The notes under the pieces were generated by a model. The model saw only the letters and a program-made list of their open reading frames with translations, searched no databases and was not told where the DNA came from. From Blastocystis sp. subtype 4 (lineage: Eukaryota), in assembly GCF_000743755.1 (NCBI RefSeq), contig NW_014569533.1, positions 60,556 through 80,555 on the forward strand: DNA of 20,000 nucleotides. The letters are read 5' to 3'. Positions 1-8,813 of the stretch are shown here, one piece after another; position 1 is the first letter of the stretch, and each line of letters opens with the position of its first letter. The position numbers and the translations under genes were made by a program.

Positions 1-725
1 ATACATCACAATTGTTAGCAACCCGGCGTTCTTGCACCATTCTATATTGCGAAAGTTCGGAGGGATAGAGTACTGTTGTATCTATCGCAATGTTGAAGAA
101 TGAAAGAATACCATCAACCAACTATGTCTAAATCTCCATTCTCCCTCACTTCCATTGCATTTACCAATTCTGTTCCACCTATCTCATTCATTTCATTCGT
201 ATACTATATAACAAATTCCTCTGATTGGTACCATCTGCAAGATAGTCTTGATATTCGGTGTTCTGGGAAGTGGTAAAACAAGATTACGGTATCCTACCAT
301 CTATTATAAACCAATTCACGAATTCGTACATACCAATCGAGAATAAGATGCTTATGCAATTGAAATGGAATTCGAGATTTATTCTGAGTTTCATATGCTT
401 TTGTCTACGTTTAACAACAAAATACTTAACAACAATCTCATCTTGGATAGAAGTGTTTTGATATGCTCCTTCCTCTACTCGATTCTTGTACTTCATTAGG
501 GCTCTATTGACTTCGTTGTCTTTATAGATGTTCTCGACCGTAACCCATTGATCATATTTTGAACCCCAACCATTGTAATGAATGTAATACCGCGGTGAAT
601 GTTGGTCACCTGCGTTGTCGACGGCTAGGATCTACTGATCACTTCTAATGATGTCTATTCACCTTTGCTAGATAATACTTGCCATCTTCGATAACAATTA
701 CAGACTCATTTACGATATAGGACAT
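1..725 (-). CDS. MRG15/Eaf3-family chromo-barrel + MRG domain protein (multi-exon, 3' end outside the window)
   Basis: ATG at 725; after removing intron 632-662 (31 nt, GT..AG) it reads MSYIVNESVIVIEDGKYYLAKILAVD..RYYIHYNGWGSKYDQWV (Tudor-knot/chromo-barrel YYIHYxGW..YDxWV). Later exons give RIPFQLHKHLILDW, LPLPRTPNIKTIL and DGILSFFNIAIDTTVLYPSELSQYR, which match MRG-domain motifs. Confidence 0.85.
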
Positions 726-745
726 TAATGCAAAAGGATTATCTT

Positions 746-753
746 AACAAACA
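746..753 (-). terminator. TGTTTGTT polyadenylation element of the cathepsin gene
   Basis: AACAAACA on the + strand, 16 nt beyond the TAA at 770-772; matches the Blastocystis GU-rich poly(A) element. Confidence 0.75.
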
Positions 754-769
754 AATATAGGTCCACACC

Positions 770-1726
770 TTAGAAGGTAGGGTACACAGAGCTGTAAGTA
801 ATAGCACAGCGACCCATTCCACCAACATCCTTCTCAATACGGCAATAACCCTCCTCACCCCAGCTGGTTCCCCAAGAGTTCTTGACGATCCAGTACTTGA
901 TTCCGGTCTCCTCTTCGACTCCATAACCGACAGCCAACACAGCATGGTTAATGCTCTCAGAACACTTGGTGATGATACCCTCCTTGTACAGCTGCATGGC
1001 AGAGGCATCAAGGACAATAGAAACGGGGGTCAGAGCAACAGCGTTAGCCAGAGACTCCTCATCTCCCTGAGGAAGCTGAACCTTACCAACAGACTGGACA
1101 GCCACAGTGCACTTGTCATCCTTGCAGTCCTCATCCTTAGCATGATAAGGATAATCCTCCTCAGTGCACAGACCATGATCACTGACATAGTCCATGACGC
1201 TCCAGGGCCAGCCTCCTCCGCAACCTTCAGCCTGGTACTTAGGCTCTCTAGCACAATCGACCAACTGCTGCTCAGAGAGGGAAACGAGCTTTCCAGAGTG
1301 GATGAAGTAAGCTCCCTCCACAGTACCAGTAGTAGAGAACGACCAGCAAGAACCGCAAGCAGCCTGATCCTTGACAGGAGTGACAGCTCCCTTCTCTCTC
1401 CAGTCAATTCTCTCAGGAGCATCACCATAGATGGGGGTCACACGTCCAGCACGAGACTTAGGATCCTTAGCACAACCGCAGAACTTGTAGGCAAACTCCT
1501 CCTCAGCAATATCAGCGAACTTGTTCACACCCAGAGTCCAAGGAAGATGGAGAGCGTTATGAGCCTCAATCTTCTTAAGGTTGTTGTTGTACACAGCAAG
1601 ACGGTATCTCTGCTCCTCAGGAGAAGAGTACACCTTTCCGAAATCCTTCTGGTACTGCAAGAAAGCAGAGTCACGGAGGTTGACACTCAGTGCAACTGCA
1701 AAAAGAACAAAAACAAAAGCCTTCAT
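770..1726 (-). CDS. Papain-family (C1A) cathepsin L-like cysteine protease precursor, intronless
   Basis: 318 aa ORF with signal peptide MKAFVFVLFAVALS, I29 prodomain (ERFNIN-like EEQRYRLAVYNNNLKKIEAHN; GVNKFAD), mature start PERIDWREKGAVTPVKDQ, catalytic QAACGSCWSFS, NHAVLAVGYG and YWIVKNSWG. Confidence 0.97.
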   Translation of the reverse strand: MKAFVFVLFAVALSVNLRDSAFLQYQKDFGKVYSSPEEQRYRLAVYNNNLKKIEAHNALHLPWTLGVNKFADIAEEEFAYKFCGCAKDPKSRAGRVTPIYGDAPERIDWREKGAVTPVKDQAACGSCWSFSTTGTVEGAYFIHSGKLVSLSEQQLVDCAREPKYQAEGCGGGWPWSVMDYVSDHGLCTEEDYPYHAKDEDCKDDKCTVAVQSVGKVQLPQGDEESLANAVALTPVSIVLDASAMQLYKEGIITKCSESINHAVLAVGYGVEEETGIKYWIVKNSWGTSWGEEGYCRIEKDVGGMGRCAITYSSVYPTF

Positions 1727-1912
1727 AACTTACAAAGAATAATGTGAGCAGTTCGGATTTATCGAAAGACGCATGTACATTTTACGAGCTGATTGGATGA
1801 ACCAGTTTTGGTTGATCATGGGGTAAATGAGTAGTACTAGATTTTCGATTCTCAGGATCCTTTCAAGGCCCTAATAATGTTCTCTTGTAGATTTCTCACG
1901 AGATATTGATCG

Positions 1913-1920
1913 AACAAACA
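1913..1920 (-). terminator. Orphan TGTTTGTT polyadenylation element
   Basis: Exact AACAAACA on +. No ORF in the supplied track ends here, which suggests an unannotated minus-strand transcript at ~1925-2216. Confidence 0.5.
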
Positions 1921-2283
1921 TGAAAACTGCCTTCCAGCTGTGCATCAGTGATTATCTACATAGTGATCAAATGTAACACGATCTCCAGCTATCCACTTCC
2001 TGAATGATCCCCACCTTACTCAATGCTCAGATAGTCTCTACAAAATGTGATAAAGGTCCTTTCGAACTTGGATAAGCTTATATCCATTCGAAGTGTCTTT
2101 TTGTTTCTCTAGCGATAGTTCATTGTATAATCCATGACACTTATTGGATCTATCCAGTTTGAATTGAACAGAAGAAACAATCGCAATAAGCACCCATGTC
2201 AATCCAACTCTTACCATTCATCTTAGCTTTCCATCTCTATCCCAAATAACCAACTTTTCACTGAGAATAAGACAATCACTGAA

Positions 2284-3728
2284 ATGCTTTCTTCTTCACT
2301 TCGATTTGTCTCTGGACATTCGGTTCGATTTCTATCTATTCTTAGTGGTGAGGGATTGGAATCTCTCTGATTCATAGAAGGCGTGCTTGTTCGTGATTTC
2401 ATCAAGGATTCACTTTACAACAAAACAAAGGGGTACAACTGCAATAAAAAAACGGGCGTATTAGAAGAGCCTCTCGATTTTGGTAGTCTTTGGGGAAAGT
2501 GGGAATTTAATAAAGCGGTTAAGGCGGTATATGATGTATTCACTAAATGAAAGGATCTTAGTGTAGAAACAGGGGGTCAATTACATGAATGCCGTTGAAA
2601 TCTTCACACCCTACTTTTCTCAGGCTATTGCAAATGTTATTGTACATAACCATAAGCTGGGAACTCCTTTGAATGTAATGGAAGTAGCAAATGGAAGTAC
2701 TACCCATCTTTGTGCAATGTTGGCATACATGAAGGAGAAGCTACCCAATGTGTATAAGAACATGAAGTACTACCTTCTCACAGATGATGTTTACTTTAAA
2801 CCTCTGTCTGTTCCTGAAGAATTCGCTGACAAGGTTCATATCCAGGATATTGTATCGAATATTGGAAAGATTCATCCATAGTCGTCCTATGAGAAGTGCC
2901 TACATCTCTGTGATTCAGCATTTCTGATTCTGAATGATGTGATGAGTGGGTTGCCTCATGACAAAGTTCGTGTGTCTTATGGCACAAAAGGAAACTCCAT
3001 TGAGCAGTATCAACAAGGAATTGTGGTTCAGCGTTCGGCAGATGTATATGAAGAAGTATTTCTGTGAAAATGAAAGCGGGAAATGATCTTTTAGACCTGT
3101 TTCGGACCCTCTTATTCGTCGATACCTAGAAATACTGCTTTCCAACCACATTGATATGATGACACTCGCGGAACACCAAAATGCGTCTATTGATGCTTAC
3201 AATAAGCATTCAGCTCTGGGGAACAATCGGGCTCAGCGATTCAAGAAGTTCAATCCATCGGAAGCATTTATTCCTACCGTGTTGCTCGATCTTTTAGAAA
3301 AGGTTTCTCATCTTACGACGAATTGTCACATTGTGGGTTATGACTTTGATTACCTTCCTCCTTGCGCGGAAGGTGATTTAAATAGTCCAGTCAATTGTAT
3401 CAATGGCCCTATTGTTTGCAGTTACGAAAACGGTATTACTCTTTCTTTGAACTGATTCAAAGGAACATGTACTGACAAGAAGACATATCTTGCCAATAAA
3501 TACAAAAACGATATCTTCTTCTCCACAGACTTCATCACGTTATCTGCTGTTGTCGGTACACTGACCAGGAATACGGGACATGTAGGATTGGATATCCTGA
3601 GTGATCCAAAGATTGAAAAGGTGGGAAACTTTATGAAGGAAAACACACAAATTGTGAAGACACGTACAATGTTAGGATGGAATCCACTCCTGAAGGACTT
3701 CAAGAACCTGTCTTTTATCGTTAGTTAA
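2284..3728 (+). CDS. NDUFAF7/MidA-family (Methyltransf_28) SAM-dependent methyltransferase-like protein with mitochondrial-type presequence (multi-exon)
   Basis: ATG 2284 MLSSSLRFVSGHSVRFLS; intron 2348-2377 (30 nt); then VLVRDFIKDSLYNKTKGY, AVEIFTPYFSQAIAN, LPHDKVR, DFDYLP, NGPIV, DIFFSTDF and NPLLKDFKNLSFIVS*, with TAA at 3726-3728. These resemble the fungal/protist MidA-like subfamily. A TCTTTGTT variant element lies at 3741-3748. Confidence 0.8.
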
Positions 3729-3847
3729 TGATATACTCACTCTTTGTTACTTTGTACTAACATCAAGTAAATGGTTCATCCAATCAGATTTCACTGCACT
3801 GGATTTCTTATCCCGTTAAACCATATTCACTTTATATTAATTGGATC

Positions 3848-4477
3848 ATGGGCGCTGGACAGAGTAAAACAACAGCTGAGATTCTTCAAGAGAATAAGAA
3901 TGCTATTCGTACCTCGATTCGCGAGATTGATCGGGAAGAAAGACAAATTGAACGACGAAGAAAGGAAGTGGAAACAAAGATTAAGAAGAGTGCAAAGGAA
4001 GGGCGTGTGGTAGGCTTTCATGTTCTAGGTAATTTTTAGAGTGAAGTGCGTATCTTTGCCAAAGATCTGGTTCGTATTAAGAAGGCTGTTGAGAAATTTG
4101 AGATTGCAAAGGCAAACCTGAGCCAGATTCAGATTCAGTTAATGACTGCAAGTGGGCAGGAAGCTATCGCTAGTGCTTTGAAGGGTGCTGTGGGTGCCTA
4201 CAGATCACTCAATAAGTTAATGGATCCTGCTGCCATGCAGCGTATTATGGCGGAGTATCAAAAGGAGAGTATGCGTAACGAAATTATGTCGGAAGTAATG
4301 GATGACACGATGGGAACGATGGATGACACGGAAGCAGAAGATGAGTTGGTGGATCAAGTGCTTTCAGATATTGGAATATCGATTACTGGAGGAATGGAAC
4401 AAACTCCTGTAGGTGTAGCGGGACCAGGAGTTGGTCAAACTAATCCTGATTTAGCAAACCGTCTAAATAATCTGTAG
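3848..4477 (+). CDS. VPS2: ESCRT-III subunit Vps2/CHMP2 (Snf7 family), 2 exons
   Basis: Exon 1 MGAGQSKTTAEILQENKNAIRTSIREIDRE..IKKSAKEGRV; intron 4010-4039 (30 nt); exon 2 SEVRIFAKDLVR..ALKGAVGAY..MQRIMAEYQKES..EDELVDQVLSDIGI..DLANRLNNL* (MIM1-like tail). Aligns by eye to CHMP2A. Confidence 0.88.
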
Positions 4478-4491
4478 TCTATAGTTTTCGT

Positions 4492-4499
4492 TGTTTGTT
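4492..4499 (+). terminator. TGTTTGTT polyadenylation element of VPS2
   Basis: Exact TGTTTGTT 14 nt after the TAG at 4475-4477. Confidence 0.75.
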
Positions 4500-4653
4500 T
4501 TAAACACTCGCTAAATATTCGAACAGTCTAACCAATTTACAAGAGCAAATAAAGTGGATCATCACAAACAATAGTCTCATCAATATGATATTTTGTCTTA
4601 ATGGATCCACCAAGATTTGAGTATACATAGGAGCATTCTTGATACATGATCCC

Positions 4654-5615
4654 TTAGTTATAACTCTTGTCTAGGAACCGATTTGGATATGGATCAGGTT
4701 CAATTCGCAGTTCCACATCGATACTGTCTTCAGAATCATCCAATCCCATGGAAGGAGAAGTATGGAATCGACTATGCAGGACCAGATCATCACTAGACTC
4801 AGGCAGATTGGGACACAAATTCCTTGATTTAGATGAAATACTTAGCATTGTCGGATCTATAGAAATGTCTGGATTTACAGGTTTCACCAGATCCGAATAC
4901 TCTAAGGGAATGTTTGATTCTAATGGAATTTCTGATTCTAACGGCGATGTTAACTCCAATGGCATTATCATTTCTAACGGTACTGCTGATTCGAACAAAT
5001 CTAACCGTATTGCCGGTTCTAAAGAGTTCATCAGTTCCAAAAACTCAGAATGACAAATACTGGTGCAACTATGATTATCAGAAGCTGGAACATTTAGCAA
5101 ATCATCACAATCAAGAGAACTCAATAACAAATCAACAACAGAAAACCTCTACAATGTCAATTAAAAATATCAAAACAACCTGCCTCTTCACGAGAGATAC
5201 AGAAGGAAATATCACACAAAATGCACTGAAGAATCGCCATGTTGATTTACAATGTTTTGACATACAATCCACAATCTCTGAAGACTCAAAAGGTAGTTCT
5301 ATCCATACCCTTCTTAAACACATATTCCAACTGTTTGTACTTTATCCGACAAGCTTTTGAACTCCGTTTTGTACTCACTGTCTTACTGAGATTCATGGAA
5401 ATATCCTCCCATATTCTCTATTCCTTATTCTTCACGATAGGCTCTACTCCTTTTGAGGAACTACCCGTTGACTCACTATTGCAAGAAGCATTACCAGCAA
5501 ACAACCCGACTCTGTTTTGATAAACCAAATCTAACAGAGAATCTATGTCGTCCTCTGTCCAACTATAAGACATTCTTGGCTTCTTTGGAGGTGGCAATGA
5601 TGGGTCACAGTTCAT
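4654..5615 (-). CDS. Myb/SANT-like (trihelix-type) DNA-binding protein with acidic low-complexity C-terminus (multi-exon; 3' end uncertain, may extend to a TAA at 4537)
   Basis: MNCDPSLPPPKKPRM (NLS-like) then SWTEDDIDSLLDLVYQNR..RIWEDISMNLSKT..RSSKACRIKYKQLEYVFKK after removing ~30 nt GT..AG introns. This gives the W..W..C..K(W/Y)xxL spacing of Myb/SANT-like domains and joins the supplied ORFs 5132-5323 and 4654-5130. Confidence 0.6.
4900..4989. repeat. Degenerate 18-bp tandem repeat x5 encoding xxxPLE hexapeptides
   Basis: Units ctctaagggaatgtttga / ttctaatggaatttctga / ttctaacggcgatgttaa / ctccaatggcattatcat / ttctaacggtactgctga; minus-strand translation SAVPLE-MIMPLE-LTSPLE-SEIPLE-SNIPLE. 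Confidence 0.75.
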
Positions 5616-5800
5616 CTGTTATACACTGACTACCATGGGAAAAACTCATCATAACATACATTATTAGCTTTACAATGACTACATCTGAATGGGATAACTA
5701 TCAAGCGTCCAGTGGTCCATGATGAAGCCTATTCCATGCTCATTATTCCCTATTTCCCTGTTTCCCCAACATCCGCTTTTTGAGCAAATAATTCTTCTAA

Positions 5801-6365
5801 ATGCTCGCCAATTTTGCTGTATGTGCTTCATTTTGTCCATGTTACCTCCTAGAAGCGTTGCTTTGCTACTGCCAAGCCCTACAGAGTGCTCGGTGTTCAG
5901 CAGATTGCCATCGGTGGAACCAGCAGAGCTGCTCTCCAGAACCTGTGGGTGAACATCTTCGGTCTCGATACGATTCACTCCTTTGAGGTAGGACCACATC
6001 TCATCTGTAACTGGTAGTCCCCCAAGGAGAACGTGAAGGAGGACATTCTGCGCTGTGGAAAGGGCCCTATGGCTGTCGAGGTCGACATTATGGAGCCTTA
6101 TGATCCCAACAAGAGCCCTAAGGTCAATGTGCCCCCACTGAACCACATTGGTCTGTGGATCGATGATCTCCCTGCTTGTGTCAAGTATCTTCAGGAGAAG
6201 GGAGTGCGTTTCACTCCTGGTGGCATTCGTAAGGGTGCTGCTGGTTATGATGTTACCTTCATCCATCCTAAGGGTAAGGAGCCCAACCCTCTGTCTGGAG
6301 AAGGAGTTCTGATTGAGCTCGTCCAGGCTCCTAAGGAGGTGATTGAGTTCTATGATAAGTTGTAA
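5801..6365 (+). CDS. VOC/glyoxalase-superfamily protein, probable methylmalonyl-CoA epimerase, with mitochondrial-type presequence (3 exons)
   Basis: Introns 5819-5852 (34 nt) and 5988-6017 (30 nt) give [102 protein letters not shown]. These are VOC motifs with Q/E/H/E metal-ligand positions. Confidence 0.85.
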
Positions 6366-6382
6366 AGCAATTATTGATGATA

Positions 6383-6390
6383 TGTTTGTT
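6383..6390 (+). terminator. TGTTTGTT polyadenylation element of the VOC gene
   Basis: Exact TGTTTGTT 17 nt after the TAA at 6363-6365. Confidence 0.75.
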
Positions 6391-6417
6391 GAAATCCACA
6401 AATCAAATAAAAGAACA

Positions 6418-7856
6418 TTACATCTGCATTGCCTCCATTTCTTTCATTGCAATGGTTTGCATCTCCATCATCTTCTTTTGTTGCTCCACAATCGCATCCT
6501 TCTTCTTCAAATACTCTCGCTGCCAATACGTTGTGAATCCCTCTGGTTTCTCTCCGTTAATCTCTACGGGGATATACTTCAGATGATCTTCTGTGGCAGG
6601 CTTAGCAGGCATAAACGGTCCATTATTGGATTCTAACATCATCTGCATGTTGTTGGCAGCCAAAGCTGGAGACAGACCTTCCAATTCTGGATCTGCCAGG
6701 AGAATATTCGCTCCGCCTTCATCCTCCTTTGCTGGCTTGAACACATTGATCTGCTGCAGGAAGGCATTCTGTCGTTCCTTCTCTGCCTCTTCCTCCTTCT
6801 TCCTTTGCTATCGATCATTCTCATTTCTCATCCTTACCAGATCTCTGTACGAACTCACCACATCTGTCTTATCCAGCTTGGCGATATAATCTCGTACATC
6901 CTCCACATCCTCCAGATAGATCTCTATCCTTCAATGGATTCACTCATCACTACCCTCCAGAATCGGAATCAAATCCAACAGTGTTGTATCTTTCACACGA
7001 CGTGCGTTCTTGAATGGCTTGACAACCAGCACATTTTCAGGCTGTTCATTCGCATTCACATTGTCATCAACCACAATCACACGTTTAGGATCACGCGAGA
7101 AATATGAAATATCCTTGACTCGACTACCATTACGCAGCTTCATACTGTCACTGAACAAATAACCTGAACACACATGATGTGAATCCAGCTGAGTTACCAT
7201 TTCCATTCCATAAGTCATGTCCATATTCGATACAAGATAGATCTCATACATACTAGACAAATACATGAGCATCTTATCCACACCAGGACGCTTAATATGA
7301 CGCTCACCATTCACTTTATCCCATTCCGAGGTGATTAGTGTGTCTTCCAAGTCGATGAACAAAGTACGGATGGGTTTGCCATCGGGACCTGTTCGAGCAG
7401 GCTAGATCATGAGAAACATCAAAAGTGAATACAGGAAGATCATTCGCAGTAATCTCAGTGAAGTTCTTCTTATAATTAACAATTTTATCTCGAATTGCTT
7501 CATAATCTAGCTTCATTTGCTGTACAAACGTATGATCCGACTTTGTACCTAGCCTTCATTATTCCAAGAACTCTCTTACATCTAAATACTTCATAAATTG
7601 CAAGACCGGCAACAACACCCGCAGTTGTATAGATTGGATAGGCATACTTGTTACTCATACGTGTGGTCACCTTTTGCGTCGACCCAGATTTACGTGGAAT
7701 CGCAGCAGCTGGAGCCTTTCGAGGAATCTTTGGAGGTACCTCCGCAAATGAACGAGTGAGCTACTTCATCACTAGAAACAAGTACAATCCCACAGCTCGT
7801 TCACAAACCGATGTCAATTCCCCTGTCTTCTTCGCAACCGAAGTCAGTCTCTGCAT
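6418..7856 (-). CDS. TIM50: Mitochondrial import inner-membrane translocase subunit Tim50 (FCP1/NIF domain), multi-exon
   Basis: N-terminus MQRLTSVAKK..LTRSFAEVPP (presequence-like), hydrophobic segment YPIYTTAGVVAGLAIY, NIF domain TLFIDLEDTLITSEWDKVNGERHIKRPGVDKMLMYLSSMYEI..KDISYFSRDPKRVIVVD..EQPENVLVVKPF..DTTLLDLIPIL; TAA at 6418-6420. Confidence 0.88.
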
Positions 7857-7979
7857 AGCGTCTCTTGTTGAGGAGAAATGCCATCAAAAAAGAGTTACAG
7901 AAATCGGTAGTATTTTGTTCCTTCGAAGAGAAAAGAACCAGATTTCTGTCATTCGTGTGAATTCGATTCGTTTTCTGTC

Positions 7980-8787
7980 ATGAATCAGATTTGCATAGTC
8001 AGTGGCTGTAGTAGAGGGATTGGTCGATGCATAGCTACGAAGCTGGCTGTACAGGGATACTCGTTGGGGTTGATCTCGCGTGATCAAAATGCAATGGAAT
8101 CACTTAAAATGGAATTGGATGCACATAGGATCTCTAATTCCCAACAGTTCGTCGTTTCTCCGTGTGATATCCGGAATGAGAAAGAGATTCAGTTATAGAA
8201 ATGTTGTTAAAGTGAACTGTAGACAGTCTATTTCACGAATTACTAACGAAATCGGTTATCCAACCCATTTAGTCAATGTTGCCGGTTTTTCTTTAGTGTT
8301 TTTGTGATTTATAGGTATAAATAAGGATGGCATTTTCATTAAATACAAACATAATGATATTCAAGCACTGATTCAAACGAATCTAGTTGGAACAATGATT
8401 GTAACACAGTCTGTCCTTCCGTACATGATGAAATCCAAATATGGTAGTATTGTAAATATCGGCAGTGTTGTTGGTACAGGCGGAAGAGCAGGTCAAAGTG
8501 TATATGCGGCTACCAAGTCGGCACTTATTGGCTACTCCCGTAGCTTAGCAAAAGAAATGGGGCGATACAATGTGCGCGTGAATGTCGTAGCACCTGGGTT
8601 TATTCAAACGGAAATGACGCAATCCATTAAGGATAGGGATGTGCTTTTGAATCAAATCGCTTTACATCGAATAGGAACAGTCGAGGATGTTGCTAACACA
8701 GTTTCTTTTCTTCTTTCGGATGCAGCTTCCTATATCAGCGGAACAGTCCTTCATGTTGATGGAGGTATGGAGATTTGGTATGTTTGA
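7980..8787 (+). CDS. fabG: 3-oxoacyl-ACP reductase (FabG/CBR4-like SDR), 3 exons; the mRNA stop is probably created after T8776
   Basis: SGCSRGIG Rossmann motif, LVNVAG|INKDG, NIGSVVG, catalytic YAATK, RVNVVAPGFIQTEMT and ASYISGTVLHVDGG; two ~30 nt introns near 8190-8222 and 8285-8313. Genomic TGA at 8785-8787. Confidence 0.9.
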
Positions 8788-8796
8788 ATCAAACAT
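8780..8796. terminator. Palindromic bidirectional poly(A) element between fabG and the glycosyltransferase
   Basis: ATGTTTGA-A-TCAAACAT: perfect 8-bp inverted repeat reading TGTTTGAA on + (8781-8788) and TGTTTGAT on - (8795-8788). Confidence 0.65.
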
Positions 8797-8813
8797 CACT
8801 CACATATAATACA

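Noticed and set aside
944..1747. 267 aa + strand ORF (and the alternative-frame ORFs 739-1017 and 1030-1428)
   Set aside because: Antisense or alternative-frame shadows of the codon-biased cathepsin gene; no recognisable motifs.
4900..4989. Periodic repeat as a CRISPR-like array
   Set aside because: Contiguous degenerate 18-bp coding units without spacers; no cas genes; eukaryotic locus.
4667..5360. + strand ORFs 4667-5053 and 4914-5360
   Set aside because: Antisense to the Myb-like gene, whose introns and domain motifs are on the - strand.
5679..6401. 240 aa - strand ORF
   Set aside because: Shadow of the spliced VOC/epimerase gene on +.
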